The notes below the pieces were generated by a model. That model worked only from the letters and a program-made list of their open reading frames with translations. It did not search any database and had not been told where the DNA came from. A stretch of DNA of 64,000 nucleotides from Minisyncoccota bacterium (GTDB taxonomy: Bacteria; Patescibacteriota; Minisyncoccia; Phycocordibacterales; UBA9973): assembly GCA_041663005.1 (NCBI GenBank), contig JBAZRK010000002.1:64740-128739 (forward strand). Reading direction: 5' to 3'. Shown here piece after piece: positions 1 through 9,596 of the stretch. A program made the translations under genes and the position numbers. Within the stretch, counting starts at the first letter, position 1, and each line of letters opens with the position of its first letter.

Positions 1-554
1 GCAACTCCGAGTCCGGTGTAATCGGGCGTCGGAATGACACAACCATCAACAGCCGGAAATCCGTGCCCGTTCAGCGCAATCACGGGCTCCGTGTCGAAGT
101 TGCCCTCGACGCAGAGTTGTCCGCCGTCCTTGAAGGTAACCTCGAATGGCGGCGGCGTGCGACCATCGATCGAGGGGAGAGGCCCGGACACAGTGAAATT
201 CAGTGTCCCGGAGAACTCTACCTCGTACGCGGTAACCCCCGGAGGCACGGGCCCGCGGAGAATCTGTGAAGACCATCCGCGACCGGCTTCATCTGGGAGC
301 ACGGTTGCTGAAAGTCCCGGAATCGCGGTCCTTCCCGTTTCCGTGACCCCATACCCGATCATGGTAACCCCGACCGGAACCGGGAACCAGGCGATGAAGT
401 CGATCTTGTAGTTCCCGTTGGCTTCGGGCACTACGGGGACGAGGGTCTTGTACGTGGACGGCGTAGTTACGCGCACTGCGCGTCGCTTCGCCTCTCCCCA
501 AGCGGAGAAAGCGAAGATGGAGCAGAAAAAGAAAACTATGGTTTTTCGGAACAT
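1..554 (-). CDS. Secreted hypothetical protein, C-terminus beyond window edge. Reverse-strand ORF starts with ATG at 554-552 and stays open to position 1
   Basis: Hand translation gives MFRKTIVFFFCSIFAFSAWGEA..., an N-terminal signal-peptide-like hydrophobic stretch. A GAAGGAGGA Shine-Dalgarno sits immediately upstream on the minus strand. It is absent from the ORF track because it runs off the edge. The region is GC-rich, unlike the rest of the window. Confidence 0.45.
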   Translation of the reverse strand, partial: MFRKTIVFFFCSIFAFSAWGEAKRRAVRVTTPSTYKTLVPVVPEANGNYKIDFIAWFPVPVGVTMIGYGVTETGRTAIPGLSATVLPDEAGRGWSSQILRGPVPPGVTAYEVEFSGTLNFTVSGPLPSIDGRTPPPFEVTFKDGGQLCVEGNFDTEPVIALNGHGFPAVDGCVIPTPDYTGLGV

Positions 555-748
555 CGTACTATCCTCCTTCAGGGATTTTAAGCGTTGAACTACGAGAGAG
601 CCTGCAGTGCGTTAGTGGTTGCCCTGGAAACCAGGACACAACAGAAGTCTATTTTGGTGTCAGGGAACAGCGGAACTGGTTAAAAGCGGCTGCTTTTAAC
701 CTTTATTTAATGTTAGCACAAAAATAAAAAAGCAAGTGGAAAAGTTAT

Positions 749-762
749 CCCCCACACCTTTC
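749..762. repeat. Left arm of a perfect 14-bp inverted repeat (CCCCCACACCTTTC) flanking the GIY-YIG gene
   Basis: Its exact reverse complement is at 1064-1077. The adjacent GTTATC/GATAAC motifs are also mutually complementary. Confidence 0.6.
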
Positions 763-802
763 AACATATTGCTTCAGATTGTCAAATTTGTATAATTAAA
801 CT

Positions 803-1057
803 ATGTATTATCTATATATTTTAAAAAGTTTGAAGGACAAAAAGTTATACACAGGTTCGACAGACAATCTGAAGCGGAGACTTTCGGAACACAATAATGG
901 CGTAAATCGCTCGACAAAAGCACGCAGGCCTTTCGAACTACGTTATTATGAAGCTTATTCTAGTGAGCAAGACGCCAGAAAGCGAGAATATTCGCTAAAG
1001 AAAGATGGTAAGGCTCTGGCGCAACTGAAGAGAAGGATTTCCGAAAGTCTAAATTAA
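803..1057 (+). CDS. GIY-YIG nuclease superfamily protein (UPF0213/URI-domain small endonuclease)
   Basis: Motifs YILKS..KKLYTGSTDNLKRRLSEHN.G and Y.E.Y..E..A.KRE..LK match the GIY-YIG family. An extended -10 (TGtATAAT) lies upstream. Confidence 0.85.
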   Translation: MYYLYILKSLKDKKLYTGSTDNLKRRLSEHNNGVNRSTKARRPFELRYYEAYSSEQDARKREYSLKKDGKALAQLKRRISESLN

Positions 1058-1063
1058 TAACCC

Positions 1064-1077
1064 GAAAGGTGTGGGGG
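1064..1077. repeat. Right arm of the inverted repeat (GAAAGGTGTGGGGG), which also forms a local hairpin followed by a T-tract (terminator-like)
   Basis: aggtg...cacct stem followed by gcttttttatt. Confidence 0.55.
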
Positions 1078-1118
1078 TTATCCACCTGCTTTTTTATTGT
1101 TGTGTCAAATTTTCTAAG

Positions 1119-3833
1119 CTAATTTTCCTGGTATGTCGGCTTTTTCTTTATTTCTTGGCAAGGAACTGACGTCCCACCATTCGAGCCCGGACAAGTCCAG
1201 GTCCATTTGTCTGTCTCGTCTGCCCTGATCGTAGCGCTATCTCCTGCCCAGGTACAGAGATAATGTTTTTTGTAACACTGTCCGTTAACTTTTGGCGCAG
1301 GATCGCCACCATTACCACCGCCACAATTATTTGTGACCGTGCATTCACGCTGGAGTCCTTCGGCGTCAAGCTCGGCACAAGGAGGATTGTTGCAGACTCG
1401 TTCCTGTACTCCAACCCCACAAACTGTGTTGGTGCAAGGTCCCCATTCCCAGTCCCCAAGTTGCGGATTTACAGTTCCCTCAGCGCATTTACTACCGTCC
1501 CACTGTGTTCCTCCGACACAATTGGAATATACAGTATTTTGGGTAACCGGCGGCTCCCCATTGTTGTAGAGATAAAATGTTCGATAGTTGTAAGGCACGG
1601 TCACGGACTTAGTACCTGATTGGGAGCTTGGGGTGAGGCTGTTGCTGACAGTAATGTCAGTCATACCAGTGGCAGTGATTTTAGTAGGTATAGCTTGAGG
1701 GTTGGTGATACTCCAAGCAAGATTTACGTTACAACTATTGCCATCTTTTGCAATCGTGCAAGAAGTTGGTGAAGGGGTTAAGGTTCCCGACATAGGATTT
1801 ACCGTTGGCGTGCACTTTGCGCCGTCCCAAACGGTACCACTAACGCAAGTCGCTGGAATGTTGACGCCCGAGCCACTAGGTGAAGTAGGTACAAGAGACT
1901 TAGCATTGTTGTATAGGTAAAATGTTCGAGAGCTGTAAGGTACGGTCACAGACTGAGTACCTGATTGCGAGCTTGGGGTGAGGCTGTTGCTGACGGTAAT
2001 ATCCGGCGTCATACCTGATGCCGTAATCTTGGTTGGGGTAGCTTCGGGGCTGTTGATAGTCCAAGAAAGGTTCGTGGTGCAACTATTTGCATTAACGGCA
2101 ATCTCACACCCTGCCCCAGAAAGTGTTCCATACATCCCAGCCACAGGAGCACATTTAGTATTGTCCCAGGTCGTGCCTGAAACACAAGATGCGGTAGCAG
2201 AGTTACTGCCTAGGACTTTATTGTTGTTATATAAATAAAATATTCGAGAGCTGTAAGGCACGGTCACGGACTTAGTACCTGATTGCGAGCTTGGGGTGAG
2301 GCTGTTGCTGACAGTAATGTCAGTCATACCAGTGGCAGTGATTTTGGTAGGGGTAGCTTCGGGGTTAGTAATGCTCCAGGAAAGGTTAGATGTACAGCTG
2401 CTGCCACCAGAGGCGATGGTGCAGTTTGGCACACTGATTGTCCCTGACATAACCGCGGCACATTTAGTACCATCCCACTCGGTATTCGTATCACAGTAAG
2501 CTTTGGCTGTATCTTGATCAAGAAGGGTTCCGTCATTGTAAAGATAAAATGTTCTCTCGCCGTTGGGTGAGCCACCCTCTACACCATATATTGCGGAACT
2601 GTTGTTGCCCGTACCCACAGTAACATTCGTCGGAGTCGTAACAGCAGAGGTGCCAACAGGATTGGTCGTGGTCCAGTTTAGAGAACTAGTGCAAGTATCA
2701 GCATTGAGGGCAATGGTACAGTCTGTGGCAGTAAGGTTGCCCGACATAGGAGATGGCGGAGGTGGTGGAGGTGGCGATGATGTCTTGTCGATGGCACAGT
2801 TAGCAGTAGTGCCTCCATTAGTGCTTTCGCAATCCCACTTATACTGGGTAGTACTGTCTGCGGTATCCTTAAAGTTTCCCACGTTACAAGTGTTGAGGAC
2901 AAGCGGGTCAGAACACTGACCAGGGGGAGTTACTGCAGGAGCCTTTTGCTCTGAACAAGAAACACTTGTCCCCGCATTACTGCAAGTCCAAGTATACGCC
3001 GCAAGTCCGCTCACATTGTTCGAGCTAACCGCGCTCGCCGGAGAACAGTCGTAGTGGGTGGTAGAACAACTAGGAGGAACTGGAATAGCATTAAATTTAA
3101 AGGTAAAGGCGCAATCTTTCGAAACAGCTCCTGTATTATAGACCGTACTATTCGGAAAAGTAGCACTAGTAGGAGAAAATACACCAGCCGTAGCACAATC
3201 TGAAGGATCCCAAGAAACAAGCGAGGAGGTGGAGTAGCCTGAGGTCGGAGTAACTGTTATCTGAGAAGTGCTTCCGCTTTCAACTTTACTTGGCGAAGGA
3301 GTGCTGACTGATCCCCCCGCATTCGCACTCGCGGTAACGTTGTAAGTAATAGGCGCAGCAGCTATTGTAAGTGTACTAGAAGACCTGATTGCTGTTTTAT
3401 CCAGATTGTCTGTCACTTCAACCTTTACTATGTAGTCTTCAGCTGGAATATTCGAAAAAGTCCTACTGCTCCCTGTAAAATCAGTGCCCAAAGCTGCCGA
3501 CCAACAATCTCCCACAGGTCTAGTATTAGTCTGGTATGTTAATGGAATTGTTTGCCCAACCATTGACGCTGGTCCTGCAGTTATTGTGGCCGTTGCTGAC
3601 ATAGCTGCTATTGTTGGATCAGAATAGGTACCTCCTCCTTCACCGCTCTGTGAGCAAGTTGTCCCAGCTTCAACCGACAGTTGCCCACTAGGAATACTTA
3701 CAGTAATACTATCTCCGCTTACGCTGGCGCTTAAGGTAAACACAAGCGACTTGGCTCCGCCAATTGCACTCGCTTTATAAAAAGGAATAATAACTACTAA
3801 TAATAAGGGAAGGAAAACTAGTAATTTTTTCAT
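1119..3833 (-). CDS. Large secreted, cell-surface repeat protein of 904 aa. It has a signal peptide, four roughly 105-aa Cys-containing tandem repeats, a poly-Pro linker and a Cys-rich C-terminal region
   Basis: N-terminus is MKKLLVFLPLLLVVIIPFYKASA. A repeated unit GMTDITVSNSLTPSSQSGTKSVTVPYSSR.FYLYNN occurs four times, with visible nucleotide-level repeats of about 320 nt. There is a PPPPPPPSP linker. The C-terminus contains W.W..C...CG.G...R.C, a thrombospondin-type-1-like motif. Confidence 0.75.
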   Translation of the reverse strand: MKKLLVFLPLLLVVIIPFYKASAIGGAKSLVFTLSASVSGDSITVSIPSGQLSVEAGTTCSQSGEGGGTYSDPTIAAMSATATITAGPASMVGQTIPLTYQTNTRPVGDCWSAALGTDFTGSSRTFSNIPAEDYIVKVEVTDNLDKTAIRSSSTLTIAAAPITYNVTASANAGGSVSTPSPSKVESGSTSQITVTPTSGYSTSSLVSWDPSDCATAGVFSPTSATFPNSTVYNTGAVSKDCAFTFKFNAIPVPPSCSTTHYDCSPASAVSSNNVSGLAAYTWTCSNAGTSVSCSEQKAPAVTPPGQCSDPLVLNTCNVGNFKDTADSTTQYKWDCESTNGGTTANCAIDKTSSPPPPPPPSPMSGNLTATDCTIALNADTCTSSLNWTTTNPVGTSAVTTPTNVTVGTGNNSSAIYGVEGGSPNGERTFYLYNDGTLLDQDTAKAYCDTNTEWDGTKCAAVMSGTISVPNCTIASGGSSCTSNLSWSITNPEATPTKITATGMTDITVSNSLTPSSQSGTKSVTVPYSSRIFYLYNNNKVLGSNSATASCVSGTTWDNTKCAPVAGMYGTLSGAGCEIAVNANSCTTNLSWTINSPEATPTKITASGMTPDITVSNSLTPSSQSGTQSVTVPYSSRTFYLYNNAKSLVPTSPSGSGVNIPATCVSGTVWDGAKCTPTVNPMSGTLTPSPTSCTIAKDGNSCNVNLAWSITNPQAIPTKITATGMTDITVSNSLTPSSQSGTKSVTVPYNYRTFYLYNNGEPPVTQNTVYSNCVGGTQWDGSKCAEGTVNPQLGDWEWGPCTNTVCGVGVQERVCNNPPCAELDAEGLQRECTVTNNCGGGNGGDPAPKVNGQCYKKHYLCTWAGDSATIRADETDKWTWTCPGSNGGTSVPCQEIKKKPTYQEN

Positions 3834-3970
3834 AGGTTTAATTATACTATATAACCCCCTGCCACTATAAGTATCTCCCCTGTGGATATCTTGCCAAGTT
3901 TACGATGCTGTGATAAGCTTCTATTGTATGAGTCCTGTCCGAAACAGGGCTTTTTTTAATAAAAATTAAA

Positions 3971-4013
3971 CCCCGACGTAAAAAGTCGGAGTCCCGACCT
4001 CAAAGCGTCGGGA
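3971..4013. repeat. Copy A of a roughly 45-nt double-hairpin palindromic repeat (intergenic, upstream of nusA)
   Basis: ccccgacg-taaaaa-gtcggagtcccgacc-tcaaa-gcgtcggga. It shares its architecture with copies at 14453, 24231 and 36464. Confidence 0.65.
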
Positions 4014-4028
4014 TAAAAAAGCAAAATT

Positions 4029-5171
4029 ATGTTAGACCTAAAAACATTCAAATCCGCATTGGAACAGCTAGAAGAAGAGAGAAAAATCCCTCAAGCCAAG
4101 ATACTCGAAGCCATAGAGCAAGCTATGGCCGCCGCTTATAAAAAGGACTACGGCAAGAAGGGCCAAATAATTCGCGCTAAGTTCGACCTTGAAACTGGTA
4201 AAACAGACTTTTACCAGGTAAAAATAGTTGTGGACGACAGCATCGCCATAATGGACCACGACGAAGAAATTCCCGAGGACGACGAAAGAGTGCATTTTAA
4301 TTCCGAACACCACATCCTAATAGATGACGCCAAGAAAATTAAAAAAGGCGCCGAAGTTCACGATGAAATAATTTTCCCGTTGGAAGCCAAGGATGACTAC
4401 GGCCGTATTGCCGCCCAGACTGCCAAGCAGGTTATTGTCCAGAAAATCCGCGAAGCTGAACGCTCCTCCATTATTGACGAATATGGCGGTAAAGAAGGTG
4501 AGGTTGTTTCCGGTGTAGTGCAGAAGGTGGAACGAGGCAACGTATATGTGGACTTCAACAGAGCCACAGGTATTTTGCCTGCCGAAGAACAAATCCCGGG
4601 AGAATACTGGGAACGCGGACGCAGAGTGCGCGCCTATCTCTACAGCGTCGAAGATACTCCAAGAGGCATAAATCTCCGTCTCTCTCGTACACATCCGAAA
4701 TTTTTGGAGCGTTTGTTCGCAATGGAAGCTCCTGAAATAGAGAACGGTATAGTAGAAATTAAGTCCGTGGCCCGCGAAGCCGGCGCCCGTTCTAAAATCG
4801 CCGTCTTCTCGAACGACGAACACATCGACGCCGTCGGTTCTTGTGTGGGGCAGAAAGGTACTCGAGTCAACACCATTACCGCTGAACTGTCTGGAGAAAA
4901 AATTGATATAATCACGTGGTCGGAAGATCCGAAACAGTTAGTTTCGAACGCTCTCTCTCCGGCAAAAGTTATTTCCATAGAAACCAATGACGAAGAACAC
5001 AAGGCTTCGGTAGAAGTGGCAGACGACCAGCTCTCACTCGCGATAGGCAAGGGCGGGCAAAATGTGCGCCTAGCAGCCAAGCTCACCGGCTGGAGAATAG
5101 ACATCAAGGGCGCCGGCGGAGAAGTAGCTTCCACCGATGGTGAGAAAGTTGAGGTAAAAGAAGAAGAATAA
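4029..5171 (+). CDS. nusA: Transcription termination/antitermination factor NusA
   Basis: N-terminal NusA domain, S1 domain and two KH domains (LAIGKGGQNVRLAAKLTGWRIDIK). Short Gram-positive-type form without AR domains. Confidence 0.9.
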   Translation: MLDLKTFKSALEQLEEERKIPQAKILEAIEQAMAAAYKKDYGKKGQIIRAKFDLETGKTDFYQVKIVVDDSIAIMDHDEEIPEDDERVHFNSEHHILIDDAKKIKKGAEVHDEIIFPLEAKDDYGRIAAQTAKQVIVQKIREAERSSIIDEYGGKEGEVVSGVVQKVERGNVYVDFNRATGILPAEEQIPGEYWERGRRVRAYLYSVEDTPRGINLRLSRTHPKFLERLFAMEAPEIENGIVEIKSVAREAGARSKIAVFSNDEHIDAVGSCVGQKGTRVNTITAELSGEKIDIITWSEDPKQLVSNALSPAKVISIETNDEEHKASVEVADDQLSLAIGKGGQNVRLAAKLTGWRIDIKGAGGEVASTDGEKVEVKEEE

Positions 5172-5197
5172 AAAATTATAAATAATAAAATAAAAAT

Positions 5198-7210
5198 ATG
5201 AATCCATTTTTATTGTTTGCATTAGTAAGTTCGGTAGTGGCTATCGTTTATGGATTATTTCTAGCAGCGTCAATATTAAAGAAAAGCCCTGGCAATGCGC
5301 GAATGCAAGAAATTGCAAAAGCAATCCAGGACGGAGCAGGTGCTTACTTAAACAAACAATACAAAACTATCGGTATGATAGCCGTAGTTCTATTCTTCGT
5401 TATCGGCTTCATACAAAAACTCGGATGGACTATGGCCTTCGGATTCTTGGTAGGTGCAGTATTCTCAGCACTTGCCGGATACATAGGTATGAACGTCTCG
5501 GTGCGTGCGAACGTGCGAACAACTGAAGCCGCCAGGAGCGGCTTGGGCTCTGCGCTATCGCTCGCTTTCAAGGGCGGGACAGTAACCGGGCTTCTGGTAG
5601 TAGGCCTTGCACTCCTTGGCGTGACTTTATTTTATGCAATCACCAAAGATGTAACCGCGCTCGTCGGACTCGGATTCGGAGCATCGCTTATTTCTGTTTT
5701 CGCAAGATTGGGCGGCGGAATTTTCACTAAAGCCGCAGACGTCGGCGCCGACTTAGTCGGAAAAATTGAAGCCGGCATTCCTGAAGATGACCCAAGAAAT
5801 CCCGGAGTTATCGCTGACAACGTCGGAGACAACGTCGGAGATTGCGCCGGAATGGCAGCAGACCTTTTCGAAACTTACGCCGTCACATCTGTGGCTACTA
5901 TGCTCCTCGGCTCTCTTCTCTTCATCGATTTTGAAAACGCAATTATTTATCCGCTCGTAATAGGTGGTATGGCAATATTCGCTTCTATCATCGGCACTTG
6001 GTTCGTACGACTGGGAAAGACAAAAAATATAATGGGTGCTTTGTATAAAGGCCTCATTGCGTCGGGAGTTATCGCCGCAGCGACTTTCTACCCTGTTACA
6101 AAAATGTTAATGGCCGACAACGGCACATACTCTGTGATGGATTTATTTATTTGTTCTCTCGTGGGACTTTTCGTGACTGGAGCACTTGTAATAATTACCG
6201 AATATTTCACTTCTACGAAATACGCTCCTGTTAAATCTATCGCCCAAGCTTCTGTATCCGGCCACGGCACAAACGTAATTCAAGGTTTGGCAATCTCTAT
6301 GAAGTCTACAGCTTGGCCACTCATTACCATTGTTGTTGGAATTCTAGTGAGCTACAACTACGGAGGTCTATACGGTATCGCTATCGCAGCAATGTCTATG
6401 CTTTCTATGACTGGTATCATCGTGGCTATTGACGCCTACGGACCAATCACTGATAACGCAGGAGGAATAGCAGAAATGGCAGAACTTCCAAAAGAAGTTC
6501 GTGATGTCACTGACCCCCTCGATGCAGTCGGAAATACGACCAAAGCGGTTACCAAAGGTTATGCCATCGGCTCCGCCGGACTCGCCGCTCTCGTACTATT
6601 CGCTTCTTATACTGAAGAAATTATTAAAGCTGGAAAAACTTTATCCTTTGATTTGAGCAACCCTTATGTCATCGTTGGATTATTTATCGGAGGACTTTTG
6701 CCTTATTACTTCGGCGCGCTCTGCATGGAAGCAGTAGGAAAGACTGCGGGTGAAGTCGTAGAAGAAATCCGCCGACAATTCAGAGAAATTAAAGGCATAA
6801 TGGAAGGCACAGGCAAACCAGATTATGCAAAAGCAGTATCCATCATCACTGGCGCCGCCATCAAGCAAATGGTTCTCCCCGCTCTTATTCCCGTGCTTGC
6901 CCCTATTTTAGTAATTATTATTTTCGGAGTAGAAAATGGATTGATAGTTTTGGGCGGACTTTTGATGGGGTCTATTGTCACAGGACTCTTCGTAGCAATA
7001 TCCATGACTTCCGGTGGTGGAGCTTGGGACAATGCCAAGAAATACATAGAATTAGGTAACTTCGGAGGAAAGGGTAGCGAGGCCCACAAAGCAGCCGTTA
7101 CAGGAGATACTGTCGGCGACCCGTACAAAGACGCAGCCGGCCCAGCTATCAATCCAATGATAAAGATTCTCAATATCGTTGCATTACTTTTGGTGGCTTT
7201 CTTGATATAA
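5198..7210 (+). CDS. hppA: Membrane-bound proton-translocating pyrophosphatase (K+-insensitive/V-type H+-PPase)
   Basis: Signature [19 protein letters not shown]...[31 protein letters not shown]. Polytopic membrane protein. Confidence 0.9.
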   Translation: MNPFLLFALVSSVVAIVYGLFLAASILKKSPGNARMQEIAKAIQDGAGAYLNKQYKTIGMIAVVLFFVIGFIQKLGWTMAFGFLVGAVFSALAGYIGMNVSVRANVRTTEAARSGLGSALSLAFKGGTVTGLLVVGLALLGVTLFYAITKDVTALVGLGFGASLISVFARLGGGIFTKAADVGADLVGKIEAGIPEDDPRNPGVIADNVGDNVGDCAGMAADLFETYAVTSVATMLLGSLLFIDFENAIIYPLVIGGMAIFASIIGTWFVRLGKTKNIMGALYKGLIASGVIAAATFYPVTKMLMADNGTYSVMDLFICSLVGLFVTGALVIITEYFTSTKYAPVKSIAQASVSGHGTNVIQGLAISMKSTAWPLITIVVGILVSYNYGGLYGIAIAAMSMLSMTGIIVAIDAYGPITDNAGGIAEMAELPKEVRDVTDPLDAVGNTTKAVTKGYAIGSAGLAALVLFASYTEEIIKAGKTLSFDLSNPYVIVGLFIGGLLPYYFGALCMEAVGKTAGEVVEEIRRQFREIKGIMEGTGKPDYAKAVSIITGAAIKQMVLPALIPVLAPILVIIIFGVENGLIVLGGLLMGSIVTGLFVAISMTSGGGAWDNAKKYIELGNFGGKGSEAHKAAVTGDTVGDPYKDAAGPAINPMIKILNIVALLLVAFLI

Positions 7211-7251
7211 TAAGATAGTAATATCTTATTATTAATAACTTAATAAATTCT

Positions 7252-8100
7252 ATGAAAAAATACATAGCATTGTTTTTGGTTTTGTTTATGGCGCTGGTCT
7301 TCAATACTAAAGTGATCTTTGCTGAAAGTGGCAAGGGCGGCGATGGGTCAGGTGACCGTACGGAGATAGAAAGTGAAGATGGTGAAGAGGTGGAAGATGA
7401 AGAAAAGGTAGAGGACGAAGATTCGTCTGACAACGGCGATAGTGATTTAGAAGAAGATGCTAATGACGACCTAAACGACGACTCTGATGATGATTCTGCA
7501 TTGAAAACTGAACGAGAAAAAGCTCGGGAAGAATTTAAACTAAGAACAGAAACCTTGAAGAAGGAGATGGAATTAAAACGCGAAACTCTTCGCAAGGAAT
7601 TTGAGGTTCGAAGAGAAGAAGCGAAACAAAAAATGGAAGGGCTGAGGGAGCAGTTAAAAAAAGAGAAAGATGCTGCTAAAGCGAAAATTGGAGGAGAGAG
7701 GGTTCTGGGTCGCGAACAAGCATTAGAAAGGTTTGATGGTGCGGTAGAAAGAATGCTCGGTTTGAAAGAAAAGGTGGACGCCGTAATTGCCAGACTTGAG
7801 GCGAAAGAAGTAAACACAGTCAAGGCAAAAGAATTTTCTACAACTGCTGAAACAAAAATTAAAGCCGCTAAAGAAAAGGTCCTAGAAACCACCACACTAC
7901 TTACGACTTCTCTAGACCAATTAACTGCCGAAAACAAAACACAACTTCGCACATTGGCTCAAGAAACTCAAACCCTCCTAACTGACGCTCGCCTAGCCCT
8001 CCGCGACGCGGTAAAATCTTTAAAGGATGAAGTAAAAGCTAAAATTGAAGCCGAAAAGCCAGCGGAAGCTGACGATGATAGCAACGACACAGAAAACTAG
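7252..8100 (+). CDS. Hypothetical secreted acidic coiled-coil protein
   Basis: Signal peptide MKKYIALFLVLFMALVFNTKVIFA. A D/E-rich low-complexity segment is followed by a K/E-rich coiled-coil. Confidence 0.6.
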   Translation: MKKYIALFLVLFMALVFNTKVIFAESGKGGDGSGDRTEIESEDGEEVEDEEKVEDEDSSDNGDSDLEEDANDDLNDDSDDDSALKTEREKAREEFKLRTETLKKEMELKRETLRKEFEVRREEAKQKMEGLREQLKKEKDAAKAKIGGERVLGREQALERFDGAVERMLGLKEKVDAVIARLEAKEVNTVKAKEFSTTAETKIKAAKEKVLETTTLLTTSLDQLTAENKTQLRTLAQETQTLLTDARLALRDAVKSLKDEVKAKIEAEKPAEADDDSNDTEN

Positions 8101-8134
8101 TTGGCAATAAATTATTAATCTAAATTAACATATT

Positions 8135-8371
8135 ATGGACCCAGAAAAAAAATCAAACGGCGCGCTAATAGGAGCAATAGTAATTATTGTTATTCTGCTT
8201 GCCGGCGGAATATATCTCTGGCAGTCAAACGCAAAATCAGCTCTAGAGAATAAAGAGCTGCAGAATGAAAACGTATCGCCTTCCGACCAAGAGGATTTAG
8301 AGTCTCTCGACCAAGAACTCAATACTACAGAATTAGACATTGAGGCCAACGTCGTAGACAGTGTAGAATAA
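8135..8371 (+). CDS. Small single-TM hypothetical protein
   Basis: TM helix ALIGAIVIIVILLAGGIYLW. Followed by a terminator. Confidence 0.5.
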   Translation: MDPEKKSNGALIGAIVIIVILLAGGIYLWQSNAKSALENKELQNENVSPSDQEDLESLDQELNTTELDIEANVVDSVE

Positions 8372-8384
8372 AACTTTTTAAAAA

Positions 8385-8421
8385 ACCCTGCTCCGGCTGA
8401 AGCCGGGGCGAGGTTTTTTAA
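8385..8421 (+). terminator. Rho-independent terminator
   Basis: GC hairpin ctccggct-ga-agccgggg followed by gaggtttttta. Confidence 0.5.
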
Positions 8422-8423
8422 TT

Positions 8424-8452
8424 TTGACAAAAAGTAGCTATAAATATAGTAT
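8424..8452 (+). promoter_or_regulatory. Sigma70-like promoter for trigger factor
   Basis: TTGACA-17 nt-TAGTAT a few nt upstream of the tig ATG. Confidence 0.4.
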
Positions 8453-8458
8453 AGGTTT

Positions 8459-9565
8459 ATGCCAAATATAAACGTAAGGAAATTACCGAAAAGTGTCGTA
8501 GAGATAGAGGGAGAACTTGAGGCCGAGATATTTGAGTCCTATTTCGATAAAGCACTTAAAAAGTTAAGTGAAAATTTGGAAATTCCCGGCTTCCGTAAAG
8601 GCAAAGTGCCTGAGAATATTTTAAAATCGCAGGTTCCCGAAAGCAAGATTCTCGAAGAAATGGCCGAGTTAGCCTTGGGTGAACATTATCCTAAAATTAT
8701 CGAAGATAATAAAATTGACGCGATAAGCCGGCCGGAAGTCGCCATAACCAAACTCGCTCGTAAAAATCCTCTCGGGTTTAAGATTATAACTTCGGTATTG
8801 CCGGAGGTTAAACTGCCTGACTATAAAAAAATTGCCAAAAAAGTGAAGGAAGCGGTGCCCGAAGCGGATAAAAATATCACCGTATCGGAAGAAGACCTGG
8901 AAAATACAATAATGGATATCCGTAAGTCCCGTGCGCCGAAGGTTCATATGGCGGAAGCGGAACCCCACGAACATAAAGAGGGAGAACCTGCCCGATCTGA
9001 AGATCATTCAGGCGGGGAGCACGCTCACCCGGAGCCAAAGCCGGAGGAATTGCCGGAATTCAATGATGAATTCGTGAAAAACCTCGGACCCTTTAAGGAT
9101 GTTGCAGATTTCAAGGAAAAGTTAAAGGAAAACATAAAGCTCGAGAAGGAAAATATGGCTCGTGAAAAAACGAGACTTAGTATTGTTGAAAAAATAGTGG
9201 ACGAAAGTGAAATAGACTTGCCCGAGATCCTTGTAGAAATAGAACTTGATAAAATTCTCTATCGAATGGAATCCGACATTACCACTATGGGCTTAAGGTT
9301 CGAGGATTATCTGAAGCACTTAAACAAAACCGCAGCAGACTTAAGGAAAGACTTCCGTAAAGACGGTGAAAACAAGGCCAAGCTTGCCCTTATCCTAAAC
9401 GAAATAGCTAAAGCAGAAAAAATAGTTGCCGATCCGGAACAAGTAGCAAACGAAGTGAAAAATATTTTGGAACACTACAAGGAAGCCGACCCGGAACGGG
9501 CCCGTGTCCACGCCGAAAACGTTCTAACTAACGAGAAAATCTTCCAGTTTTTGGAGACTCAATAA
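8459..9565 (+). CDS. tig: Trigger factor (short form)
   Basis: N-terminal ribosome-binding signature GFRKGKVP, plus FKBP-like and C-terminal arm regions. Confidence 0.85.
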   Translation: MPNINVRKLPKSVVEIEGELEAEIFESYFDKALKKLSENLEIPGFRKGKVPENILKSQVPESKILEEMAELALGEHYPKIIEDNKIDAISRPEVAITKLARKNPLGFKIITSVLPEVKLPDYKKIAKKVKEAVPEADKNITVSEEDLENTIMDIRKSRAPKVHMAEAEPHEHKEGEPARSEDHSGGEHAHPEPKPEELPEFNDEFVKNLGPFKDVADFKEKLKENIKLEKENMAREKTRLSIVEKIVDESEIDLPEILVEIELDKILYRMESDITTMGLRFEDYLKHLNKTAADLRKDFRKDGENKAKLALILNEIAKAEKIVADPEQVANEVKNILEHYKEADPERARVHAENVLTNEKIFQFLETQ

Positions 9566-9596
9566 TCCCTAGGGGCTTCCCTAGTGATTTATTGCG

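Noticed and set aside
34-411. Plus-strand 125-aa ORF (and the 63-269 + ORF) at the window start
   Set aside because: It overlaps a longer minus-strand ORF (1-554) that has a strong Shine-Dalgarno and a signal peptide. The GC-rich region generates long spurious ORFs in all frames.
1500-3500. Roughly 320-nt direct repeats inside the 1119-3833 gene considered as possible CRISPR or satellite array
   Set aside because: They are in-frame protein-domain repeats (105-aa units) within a continuous ORF, with no short spacer-repeat structure.
5500-5530. gcgaacgtgcgaac direct repeat and cgtcgg motifs inside hppA considered as extra copies of the palindromic element or LexA boxes
   Set aside because: They are codon-level consequences of the conserved DNVGDNVGD / VRANVRT protein sequence. 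They lack the double-hairpin architecture and the GAAC-N4-GTTC spacing.
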